Virus record (IMG/VR): IMGVR_UViG_3300010376_000704
Coordinates: 1 to 27,098 of that record
Length of the DNA: 27,098 nucleotides
Direction: 5' to 3' (one strand)
Source: a virus
Taxonomy: Duplodnaviria; Caudoviricetes
The notes below the pieces were generated by a model. The model was not told the origin of the DNA. It searched no databases and saw only the letters and a program-made list of their open reading frames with translations. The position numbers and the translations under genes are program-made. Numbering within the stretch: position 1 is the first letter of the stretch; each line of letters opens with the position of its first letter. Below are positions 7,405 through 16,079 of the stretch, in pieces.

Positions 7405-8268
7405 ATGGCAGTGAATATAAAAGCCGTTCTCGAAGACAAGACGAAGTATCCGGACGACGCGAAGTTTACGCTGGGCGGCGAGGAACTGACATTCGCGGAA
7501 TTGCGCCGGCAGAACGCCGAATCACACGGCGATATCGAACGGCAGTTGACGGCGCGCAGCCAGGAGCTTGACAACAAGCAAAGATTGCAGGAGCAGGCAG
7601 TCACGACGCTTGCGACCGTCCTTGAGCGGGTTTCGCTGGCTACCGGACTGACCTACGACCAGTTGGTGAAAGGCGAGATTCCCCCCAGCATGAAGCAGAC
7701 AGTTGCGGCGATCACCCAGAACACGCCGACGGCCGGCGGTATCGCGCTGAAGGATGACCCGCTGTACAAACCGCTGATTGACTCTGTGCTCACGCCGATG
7801 AGCAACGATGTGGGATTGCTCAAACAAGCGCTGGGAACGGCAATCAATGCATACCGCGACGATCACGCGCGTCTTGGGTGGATGGACTACCTGCTTTCTC
7901 CGGACAAGCCGAAAGACTTTTCTGCGAAGTATGAAGACGTGCTGCAAACCGCCGTCAACAAGGGCTACAAAGACTCGCTTGGTTTCCCCGATGTAGGCCG
8001 CGCCGCGCGCGAGATGGCCGGTCCGGTGATTGCGAAGGCGGACACCGAGAAGGTACGCAAGGAAGGCTACGACGAAGGCTACAAAAAAGCGCAAGCCGAA
8101 TTTCTGGGACAGATGGGAGCGCCGCAGCCAGGGACAGGCGGCATCTCGTTTGAGGCGGCGCCGACAAAAGGCAAAGACGGCAAAGTGCCGACCATCCGCG
8201 AGCAACTGGATGAAGCGTTCAAAGATCCAGCCACAATCGGCGCGATGTTCGGCGGATCAGTGCAGTAA
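7405..8268 (+). CDS. Probable capsid scaffolding protein
   Basis: Coiled-coil-rich with a short C-terminal helix after a flexible linker; immediately before the MCP; AGGAG RBS. Confidence 0.7.
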   Translation: MAVNIKAVLEDKTKYPDDAKFTLGGEELTFAELRRQNAESHGDIERQLTARSQELDNKQRLQEQAVTTLATVLERVSLATGLTYDQLVKGEIPPSMKQTVAAITQNTPTAGGIALKDDPLYKPLIDSVLTPMSNDVGLLKQALGTAINAYRDDHARLGWMDYLLSPDKPKDFSAKYEDVLQTAVNKGYKDSLGFPDVGRAAREMAGPVIAKADTEKVRKEGYDEGYKKAQAEFLGQMGAPQPGTGGISFEAAPTKGKDGKVPTIREQLDEAFKDPATIGAMFGGSVQ

Positions 8269-8337
8269 AAAGTAAAAATTGTTCGACAAAGCGCAGCGAA
8301 AAGACGTGAAGGGGAATTCAAGCCAGGAGATACGAAG

Positions 8338-9321
8338 ATGGCATTCGGCGCAGTAGGAACTGGAATCAACACCCCGACCGCAGCATTGACGGCGACGATG
8401 AACGCCATCACTGAGAAATTTATTTATCCGGTTATTGCTGACAACGTTTTTCTTCCCTCGATTCTTTTCTGGGCGATGCAGAGACAGGGCAAGAAGTTCG
8501 GCATGGGCGAACTTATCTACCCGGCGATGTACCAGGAGAACCTGAGCGGCGGCGCTTACTACGGCACAGAGATATTGACGCCGAACGTAGTAGACACAGT
8601 GCAGCCGATTGACCAGCGCTGGAAGCCGTACTATCAAAACGTATCCATACCGGTTACAGATATCGTGCTCAATCGCGGGTCCGCAATGGACATCATCAAC
8701 ACGAAATGGATTGAAGCAACCGGATCACTGCTGATGAAATTGTCACGCGCGAACTTTCACCAGTCTCCGCAGAACACATCCCAGGACATTGACGATATCG
8801 ACAGCTGGGTATTTCAGCAGACGAACGTGATTGGCGGAATTGACCGCAGCCAGGCGGCAAACAGTTGGTTCAAGGCGCAGGCGCCGGTGAACGCGAGCAA
8901 TGCAGCCTTGACGCCACAGGTCGCCAATAGCGGGTTCGGACTGGTGGGACAGTTCGGTTACGATCTGCCGGACATCCTAGTGATGCCCCCTGTCAGCTTC
9001 TACAACTTCCAGAATTCGTTCACGCAACTGATTCGCTACACGAACAACATTCAGGACGAAGGGGCGATGCAGGCGGGATTCCGCTCGCATTTCATCTTCA
9101 ACACAGCGCTTGTGTTCCCCGATCCGTTCACGCCGACCGGCAAGAGCTACTTGCTTAACAGCAAGTACATTTTCCCGGTTTGGCACAGAGCCGATTACTT
9201 CGTGTGCGATCCGTTCATCCAGCCGTCGAATCAGCGCGTCCTTGTCAGCAATCTGTACACGACTTGGCAGGTTAGCTGCATTTCGCCGCGCATGAACGGC
9301 AGCTATTTCAACGTGAACTAA
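8338..9321 (+). CDS. Major capsid protein
   Basis: 327 aa, AGGAG RBS. IADNVF..., GGAYYGTEIL...WKPYYQNVSI, IGGIDRS...SWF, PDILV and AGF...FN motifs are typical of a widespread podoviral HK97-fold MCP family. Confidence 0.85.
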   Translation: MAFGAVGTGINTPTAALTATMNAITEKFIYPVIADNVFLPSILFWAMQRQGKKFGMGELIYPAMYQENLSGGAYYGTEILTPNVVDTVQPIDQRWKPYYQNVSIPVTDIVLNRGSAMDIINTKWIEATGSLLMKLSRANFHQSPQNTSQDIDDIDSWVFQQTNVIGGIDRSQAANSWFKAQAPVNASNAALTPQVANSGFGLVGQFGYDLPDILVMPPVSFYNFQNSFTQLIRYTNNIQDEGAMQAGFRSHFIFNTALVFPDPFTPTGKSYLLNSKYIFPVWHRADYFVCDPFIQPSNQRVLVSNLYTTWQVSCISPRMNGSYFNVN

Positions 9322-9327
9322 GTTTGC

Positions 9328-9375
9328 CTCTCCCTTACCGGTTCGACCGGCCGAGATGCCGGCGAACCGGGGGAG
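9328..9375 (+). other. Long imperfect hairpin after the MCP gene
   Basis: tctccc-tta-ccggttcg-a-ccggc / gccgg-cgaaccgg-gggaga; no U-tract. Confidence 0.55.
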
Positions 9376-9394
9376 AAGTTCAGGAGAAGCAGAG

Positions 9395-9814
9395 ATGACA
9401 CAGCAAGCAACTTCGCCGTTTGTGCAGCCGTCAGGCAACGCAATGCTGGGACTCGGCGCGCCGATTATCCAGACCTACGATGTGACAGTACTGGCAGCGA
9501 CAGGAACCATCACGCTGACGCCGGCAACATCGCAGACGAACGCGCAGCCGTTCACGAAAGCCCGACTCCGCATGAAGTCCTCAGCCGTGAATGCGGCGAC
9601 CACTATCACAATCGGAAATGTGACCGGAAGCGATGGAACGAATACCGTCATCCTGCACAACGCGGAACTGGCGACGACCGCAGCCGGCGCGAATTTCGAC
9701 GTGAACATGATTCTGTTGAGTGACCTGCAACTGACCAGCATCAGTTACACCGTGACACTGGCCGGCACAACCACTGCGGCGACGATCAGCAGCGAGTTGT
9801 ACGGGAATCCGTAG
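9395..9814 (+). CDS. Probable capsid decoration/cement protein
   Basis: Beta-rich, T/A-rich 139-aa protein right after the MCP; ATG 9395 with AGGAG RBS. Confidence 0.6.
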   Translation: MTQQATSPFVQPSGNAMLGLGAPIIQTYDVTVLAATGTITLTPATSQTNAQPFTKARLRMKSSAVNAATTITIGNVTGSDGTNTVILHNAELATTAAGANFDVNMILLSDLQLTSISYTVTLAGTTTAATISSELYGNP

Positions 9815-9836
9815 CGAATAGAGAAGGGACCGCGCA

Positions 9837-11144
9837 ATGTTCGTGGGCGATGTATTGCTTTCGGCGCGGGAAGCGGTCCCCGACCTACCAGGGGTCATTC
9901 CGGCGCCCGGCGCAAACGATCTGATATTCAACCAAACTGCGGGAGCGGGGAACCCGCTTCCGGTTGGCAACTACTTTCTTGTCGCAACCTATGTGAATCT
10001 CTGGGGCGAGACTTCGCCGGGACCAGAGACGCAGATACAGGTAACGCTGGGCAACGCGATTCTGGTCAGCCTGACGCAGCTGAATCAAACGACACTGCAA
10101 CTTGCCGCGATCAACATTTACATGGGCCAGTCATCAGGCGGAGAAGTGCAGCAGTTCACCTTTCCCGCGCCGCTCGCCGGACCGTACACCATCGGCAGCA
10201 ACACCCCCTTTACCATCGTGACTCCGCCGATGGGGAACAGCGCATTCCTGCTCGACAGCGGAGGCCCGGTCGCCAGTGCCAGCCAGATATTTCGCTGGCT
10301 GACCGACGCGCTGAATCGGCTGTCTGGGCTGAATGGAGGGATACCAGACTTCAGTGGCTTCGGTACGCAGGTAGGTAAAGCGAATTACCAAGTCCCCGGC
10401 GACTGGCAGAGCATGAATGATGCCTGGTATGACGGCTACCCGCTGATGATGGGATCTTCGAGCCTAGTCTTTCGCCACAACACCATCACAGCGCTGTCCG
10501 GCATGATGAGCTTCACGCAAGTGGCGGACACTCTTGTCGTGGAACTGTTCGCGCAAGCCAACCGAACAGCAGGCATCGGCAGCTTGAGCGTAGCCATGAA
10601 TCAGCTTTCCGCCGTGGCGCAAACTGCCGGTTTTACTGGATGGGTTTTGCCGTTCGGACTGGCGATGCTGGGCAGTCCGCCGATCTACGAAATTGTTTCC
10701 TACACCATGCAGGGCAACAACCTAGTTAGCCTAGTGCGCGGTTTGGGTGGAACGAACGCCCAGACGTGGCAAGCGGGTACGCCGGTTTCGGAACTTAACT
10801 GCATGTTCAAGGGACTGCGCGCGCCGCAGTTGTACGCGCCGGGCATGGCGGCAAACACACTGCGCCTGCCGTCTTCGTGGATTCCGCTGATGCACCTGTA
10901 TTTGCTGGCGAGGTATCGCAGGATCGAACAGCAGGAGCAGGAAGCGGCGCAACTGATGCAGCAGTTTGAAGCCGGGGCGAAGGAAGCGACGAAGAAAAAG
11001 CCGGTTCTGGGCGACAGGCAGATTCAGCCGCAGGACAGCGTGGGCGTAGAAATTTTTCCATTGCTTTCGCGTGATTTTGGCGGCGGAATAATTCCTATCT
11101 TATTTATTGTCATTATGTTAGGAGGCCTATTGTCGATTCTGTGA
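9837..11144 (+). CDS. Probable head-tail adaptor (tail tubular protein A-like) with inserted Ig/FN3-like domains
   Basis: Adaptor-like helices (QIFRWLTDALNRL; LPSSWIPLMHLYLLARY...EAAQLMQQF) flank beta-rich inserts; lies between capsid and nozzle genes. Confidence 0.65.
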   Translation: MFVGDVLLSAREAVPDLPGVIPAPGANDLIFNQTAGAGNPLPVGNYFLVATYVNLWGETSPGPETQIQVTLGNAILVSLTQLNQTTLQLAAINIYMGQSSGGEVQQFTFPAPLAGPYTIGSNTPFTIVTPPMGNSAFLLDSGGPVASASQIFRWLTDALNRLSGLNGGIPDFSGFGTQVGKANYQVPGDWQSMNDAWYDGYPLMMGSSSLVFRHNTITALSGMMSFTQVADTLVVELFAQANRTAGIGSLSVAMNQLSAVAQTAGFTGWVLPFGLAMLGSPPIYEIVSYTMQGNNLVSLVRGLGGTNAQTWQAGTPVSELNCMFKGLRAPQLYAPGMAANTLRLPSSWIPLMHLYLLARYRRIEQQEQEAAQLMQQFEAGAKEATKKKPVLGDRQIQPQDSVGVEIFPLLSRDFGGGIIPILFIVIMLGGLLSIL

Positions 11145-11201
11145 TTAAAGTCCCATGACTTCGCTGTTCGTCATTCGTATTTCATTTTGTATCTTCGTTT
11201 T

Positions 11202-12008
11202 ATGAATAATCGCTTCTTGGCGAAGATTTTCATTTATGTCCTAAAGCATCCAGTGACACAACAAGTCCAATACGTCGGTAAAACCAATAACCCTCGCATT
11301 CGGCAAAAGGGACACCGTAATTTGCGGGGCACTACGCGATGCGACCGCTGGAAACGAGAGCTAAAAGCGCGTGGTTTCGAGCCTGTACTAGAAATAATCG
11401 AAGAGTGTCTGCCAGGAACGAACTGGGAAGAAAGAGAACGCTATTGGATACAGTATTACAAGAATGCCGGCTGCAATCTGATGAATATATCGTCAGGTGG
11501 TTGCAGCCCACCAATTCCGAACCACATATCGGAAAACACACGAAAATTTCTCCGCGAACGGTTTCTTGGCAGACCGATTCCACCCGAACAGCGCGCACAA
11601 ATTTCCAAATCTCTGACAGGGAAAAAGCAATCACCTGAAACTGTTGCGAAACGAAAAGCAACAATCAACGCGAACCGCATAGCGAAGGGACTTAAACCCT
11701 GGGAGTTTGGAAGAGATAAAGAAGGAATTAATCGCTATTTTCGTGAATATGATGATCGTCGCGCACGCACGAGCGGTCGTCCTATCGTCTACAGTCCGGA
11801 ATGGACTGCGAAGCGTCTCGCTTCTTTCAATGCGACAGTTGCAACGCTGACACCGGAACAGCGCAAACAACGCGCCGCACACCTGAATGTAAATCCTGTT
11901 CGCTACTGGCTGGGTAAAAAGCGCGAATCACCGTCAGAAGAAACACGAGAAAAACGCCGGCAGAGCATGTTACGCACCGTGGCGAGAAAGAAAGGGATTA
12001 TTCCTTAG
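11202..12008 (+). mobile_element. Free-standing GIY-YIG homing endonuclease with NUMOD3-like repeats
   Basis: FIYVL...YVGKT.NP..R..H, E..WI...LMN motifs; NUMOD3-like HISENTR, PPEQRAQIS, SPETVAKR, SEETREKRR; lower GC than flanks. Confidence 0.88.
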
Positions 12009-12181
12009 AGGCGGCGACCATCTTTGCCGAAGAGCCAGGGACGCTGGTCCGGATGAATGCCGTGGCTGTAGAGCCAGTTTTCAAAGCGCAGCTGGCGCAT
12101 CTGACGGGAACGGTTGACCTGGTTGCGTTCGCGGAAGGCGAACGCGGCAATGACGACGAAGACCAAAATGGACAGTAGCAT
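12005..12181 (-). CDS. Small single-TM protein (58 aa, MLLSILVFVVIAAFAFRERNQVNR...)
   Basis: Fills the gap between endonuclease and holin; stop overlaps the endonuclease stop; hydrophobic N-terminus and basic tail. Confidence 0.55.
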   Translation of the reverse strand: MLLSILVFVVIAAFAFRERNQVNRSRQMRQLRFENWLYSHGIHPDQRPWLFGKDGRRL

Positions 12182-12234
12182 GACAGTTCATCATTTCATA
12201 CTGCCGTCATGCTGTCTATACGGAAAGGGGAAGT

Positions 12235-12612
12235 ATGAAAATCGCTGATGTAGTGAACAAGCACACCAATGCGACGAAGGCACTTTTCGGAGTAGTCATC
12301 GGAGTGGCCATCTTCGCGCAGTTTCCCCTGGGAGAAAGGCTGATGCGGTCAGCCGCGCAGAGCCATCCTCATTTGTCATCGCTTCTGACCTTGCTAGTAG
12401 GCGCCGGCTTTCTCCTTATGCGTCCGAACGTGCAGGCGAAAATCAAGAGCGCAACCGGTATCGACCTGGCAGCGGAACAAAGCAAACTGCAACAACAGGG
12501 CGAGAACCTGCAAAAAGCGAAGCAGGAATTTCAGCAGGCAGCGCAGCAGGGAACACAGGCGATAGACAAAGCAAAGCAGATCACCGAACAACCACAGAAG
12601 GGAAAGCCATGA
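12235..12612 (+). CDS. Putative holin (2 TM + coiled-coil tail)
   Basis: Two hydrophobic segments; ATGA overlap with the lysozyme gene. Confidence 0.6.
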   Translation: MKIADVVNKHTNATKALFGVVIGVAIFAQFPLGERLMRSAAQSHPHLSSLLTLLVGAGFLLMRPNVQAKIKSATGIDLAAEQSKLQQQGENLQKAKQEFQQAAQQGTQAIDKAKQITEQPQKGKP

Positions 12613-13094
12613 ACCGGCTGACGACAGAAGCGCTGATACGGAAGCATGAAGGCGTGGAATATGTTGCCTATGACGACAGCGAAGGCATACGGACTATCGG
12701 AATCGGATTCAACTTGCAGAAGGAAGGCGCACAGAGGCGCATCGGCGCGCTTGGACTGGACTATGACGCGGTATTTTCCGGCGCCTGCACACTTACCGAC
12801 CAGCATTGCAGCGCACTGTTCAGCGTTGACCTGGACGACGCCATAGAGCAGGCGAGCGGCATCGTCTCGAATTTCAGTCTTCAGCCAGATGACGTGCAGA
12901 GCGTAATTGTGGACATGGTGTACAACCTGGGCGCGGCGGGATTCCAGAAATTCACGAAGGCGATTGCCGCTTTTGAGGACAAGGATTACTGCACCGCAGC
13001 AGCCGAACTGCAAAACTCGTTATGGGCGCGGCAGGTTCCGAGCCGGGCAAAAGAAGACATTTCGATGGTGAAGGCTTTCTGCAATGCCGCTTGA
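12609..13094 (+). CDS. Endolysin, T4-type lysozyme (GH24)
   Basis: HEG....YDD..G..TIGIG catalytic E/D/T, DMVYNLG, AAAEL.NS.WARQV..RA. Confidence 0.93.
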   Translation: MNRLTTEALIRKHEGVEYVAYDDSEGIRTIGIGFNLQKEGAQRRIGALGLDYDAVFSGACTLTDQHCSALFSVDLDDAIEQASGIVSNFSLQPDDVQSVIVDMVYNLGAAGFQKFTKAIAAFEDKDYCTAAAELQNSLWARQVPSRAKEDISMVKAFCNAA

Positions 13095-15867
13095 ATGGAA
13101 AGTAGTATCGCAGCGGAACTGGTTGAAAGGTCTTCAGGCGACTTTCAACCGCTTCAGCCAGCCGCAGGGCGTCACCGTCCGGCTGTCAAACCTGCTGTAC
13201 GACATTCGCGGCGGACTCCGCACGACCGACGGCAGCGAGATTTTCACGCAACTTTTGGGCGCAACTCAGACCGAAGGCCCGATTAACGAAATTGCTTTGT
13301 ACTCGCCATCGGGACAACAGCCTTACTACGTCGGCATTATGAAGAGTAAGGAAAACCAGCTTCCCGCGCCGGCGGCGCCGACACTTCTTTTTTTGACCGT
13401 GGGCGGAGCAATTACAAACATTGTGTATGCCGGACCGCCGGCGTCCATCGCAACCGTGACTTTTGCAGCAGCGCACAATCTGACGGCGAACAGCAACAGC
13501 AACGGACAGTTGATTATTACCGGGAACACGAACAGCGTATTTAATATCACTGTTCTGTTCTCGCAGATCCAGATTCTCAGTCCTACAACCATATCCATTG
13601 TCTTCAATAATTCGGCAACGCAGAGCGGAACCGGCGGGAGCATGACGACCGCGCTGGCCTCAAGCATGGGTTTGCCACTGACTTACAGCGTGACTGCGAG
13701 CGACGGACAGGGAGGCGAGACGCCGGCGTCGCCGTCTATTACCGGATCAGCAAGTCCGCCTTACAACGCAGTGCAAATCAGCTGGACGGCTGTACCTGGT
13801 GCGGTTGGCTACAACGTGTACGGACGCATGACCGGCTCAATCGGACAAATCAACCAGAACGGGAATCTGCTCGCGGGACTGGTAACAGGCACTTCGATGG
13901 TGGACCTTGGCGGAGTGGTGAACCCGCCGCAACCGCCAACGACAAACACCACACAGACAGTCGTGGTGTACCTGATGACTGCGCCGACATTTCAGCAAGT
14001 TCTAGGCGTCTTCCCGTCGTATTTCGCGCCAGCGCTGGGCAACATCCCTGGCGCGAGTTCGCCGCCACCGAACACGCAGGGTTTTGCCACGCCGGAAGGC
14101 GGAGTGCCGGGCGCGACCGGACCGCTGCCGCAAATCCTGCAATTTGCAAATGAACTGATTTTTGCTTTCGGCAACGGTTATCCGCCGCAGTATTACCTCG
14201 ACCAAGCATCCGGCGGCGATTTGAACCTGCATCCCCTGCAAAACACTTTCAACGCGCAGTACACGGACTGGCAGGCAAGCGTTGCCTGGAACCAGGGCGA
14301 CACGATTAAAGACAGCGTAAGCGGAGGACTGTTTCAGGCAACACAGGCAGGAACATCGGCCGCGACCCGTCCGGCCTTCAACAACACGCTGAATGCGTTG
14401 ACTCCGGAAGTCTCGCCGGGCACAGTGGTCTGGAAGTGCATCGCTACCAGTTCGACAGGCACACCGCTGCGCGGCGCCGCCTGCGAGATTGTGTATGCCG
14501 GCAGCTTATGGATTGCGAACACCTGGCCGACGACGACGAGCGACCAACTGGACGGACCGAACTGCATCAAGATGTCCGACGTGAATAATCCGAACAGCTG
14601 GAACCCGGCAAACGTCGCCTTTCTCGACAAGGACGACGGCGACCAGATTACATCGCTGGCGACATTCACCATTGCCGAGAGCGGTATTTCACCGACCGGA
14701 AGCCTGGTAGTGTTCAAGAATTTCAGCACCTACCAGATAACCGGCGTGTTTGGCGATCCGAATTTAACCATCCAAAAAGCGCAGACCGACATGGGCAACG
14801 TGGCGCCACGAACGACGCAGTTCATTCCCGGCTACGGCATCACGCGATTGACACATCTGGGATTCGCATACTTTGAAGGCGTCCGCGACAAATTGATTTC
14901 GGAAGAGATTCGGCCGTACCTGTTTGGCGGACCGCCGGACATCGCGCCGATTGACTGGAACTATGCCTATCTTTCAAAGGCAGCGCAGGCAGCAGATCCG
15001 CCGATGTACGTTGCAGCGTGTCCGATCAAACAGCCGGTACTAACCGGAGTGACGGTGCACGGAACCGCTGGACCATCGACGCTTTTTGTTCGCGTCGAAC
15101 AACTGGTGAACGGCAACCCGGTTGCGATCACACCGGAATTTCAAGTTACTTATTCGGGCGCGGCAGCGTTCACGGTAACGACGCCGGGACAGGTGACAGG
15201 TATTACCTACCGCGTGTTTGCCGGTTCCGTTCCAGGCGGAGAAAACGTGTTTGTAGAGCAGCCGTTATTTTTCAATCAGACAGTGACACTGAGCAGCATG
15301 ACGCCTGGTTTTCTGAGTTTTGGGAATGGCGGACTGACGCGAATTTTCGCTTATGACCTGGTGCAGAAACAGTGGGCAGTCGTAGACCTGCCGTTCGCTA
15401 TCAGCGCGCTGAAGCAGATCCGTTCGCCGGGAACAGTACCGATCACCATTGCTGGGGGCGCGAACGACGGCGCGGTACGCAGGCTGTTTTCGGGCGATGT
15501 CACCTGGGACACAGGGGGACAGATTATCTGGGCGATGCGCGCCGGCGAACTGTACCAGCAGGGCGCAAGCGCTAAAATGTTTTTCCGGCGTCTGGTGATT
15601 CGCGGGACGAACAATCTGAATGCGCTGCTGACGGTGACAGTGAACCTACAGGGAACCGATGCAGTCATGGGACGCGGGACGACGAATCACTATCTGGGCG
15701 GACCGAACGGCGCGCAGCAATGGGAACTGAGAATCGACATTATGAAGGACGCAGAAAACGCGAACGTGATGCTATCGGGATCAGGCCCGGCGCAGATACA
15801 ACTTGACAGCATCGACTGGTATGTAAAGCCGAAGCAGAGCGGCGCACCAGTGACGATTCAGAAATGA
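13084..15867 (+). CDS. Tail nozzle / DNA stabilization protein (P22 gp10 / T7 gp12-like) with Ig-like and CBM-like inserts
   Basis: 927 aa, beta-propeller-like (GSLWIAN, IKMSD.NNP.SW, GDQITSLA, LVVFK...YQITG, IFAYDL..KQW); position between adaptor and ejection genes. Confidence 0.75.
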   Translation: MPLEWKVVSQRNWLKGLQATFNRFSQPQGVTVRLSNLLYDIRGGLRTTDGSEIFTQLLGATQTEGPINEIALYSPSGQQPYYVGIMKSKENQLPAPAAPTLLFLTVGGAITNIVYAGPPASIATVTFAAAHNLTANSNSNGQLIITGNTNSVFNITVLFSQIQILSPTTISIVFNNSATQSGTGGSMTTALASSMGLPLTYSVTASDGQGGETPASPSITGSASPPYNAVQISWTAVPGAVGYNVYGRMTGSIGQINQNGNLLAGLVTGTSMVDLGGVVNPPQPPTTNTTQTVVVYLMTAPTFQQVLGVFPSYFAPALGNIPGASSPPPNTQGFATPEGGVPGATGPLPQILQFANELIFAFGNGYPPQYYLDQASGGDLNLHPLQNTFNAQYTDWQASVAWNQGDTIKDSVSGGLFQATQAGTSAATRPAFNNTLNALTPEVSPGTVVWKCIATSSTGTPLRGAACEIVYAGSLWIANTWPTTTSDQLDGPNCIKMSDVNNPNSWNPANVAFLDKDDGDQITSLATFTIAESGISPTGSLVVFKNFSTYQITGVFGDPNLTIQKAQTDMGNVAPRTTQFIPGYGITRLTHLGFAYFEGVRDKLISEEIRPYLFGGPPDIAPIDWNYAYLSKAAQAADPPMYVAACPIKQPVLTGVTVHGTAGPSTLFVRVEQLVNGNPVAITPEFQVTYSGAAAFTVTTPGQVTGITYRVFAGSVPGGENVFVEQPLFFNQTVTLSSMTPGFLSFGNGGLTRIFAYDLVQKQWAVVDLPFAISALKQIRSPGTVPITIAGGANDGAVRRLFSGDVTWDTGGQIIWAMRAGELYQQGASAKMFFRRLVIRGTNNLNALLTVTVNLQGTDAVMGRGTTNHYLGGPNGAQQWELRIDIMKDAENANVMLSGSGPAQIQLDSIDWYVKPKQSGAPVTIQK

Positions 15868-16038
15868 CTGCCTACTACAACGAACGCGATTCCAGCAAAG
15901 CCGAATGGCTGCGGGAACTGATGAAGGCTGGAGTCATTGCACCAGGGGACATAGATGAGCGAAGCATCAGGGACGTGGCAGCAGACGATGTTCGAGGATG
16001 CCGAAGCAGCCAGGGCGTTCATCGAAGCCTGCATGTAA
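15864..16038 (+). pseudogene. Remnant of a phage C5 DNA methyltransferase gene (internal deletion)
   Basis: The N-terminus MTAYYNE...AEWLRELM.AG.IAPGDIDERSI.DV..DD.RG is characteristic of a phage Dcm-like family. The family C-terminus DAEAARAFIEACM* follows immediately in another frame; the catalytic motifs are missing. Confidence 0.75.
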
Positions 16039-16044
16039 GCCAAA

Positions 16045-16079
16045 TAAAACTGAGAAAAAGCGCGCCTAACTACTGGCGC
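16045..16079 (-). terminator. Possible terminator for the GH39-like gene
   Basis: gcgcc/ggcgc stem (16062-16066/16075-16079) followed on the minus strand by gctttttctcagttttattt. Confidence 0.35.

Noticed and set aside
11097-11993. Group I intron or intein carrying the GIY-YIG
   Set aside because: No room for a ribozyme core around the ORF, and the adaptor frame stops at 11144 with no intein motifs.
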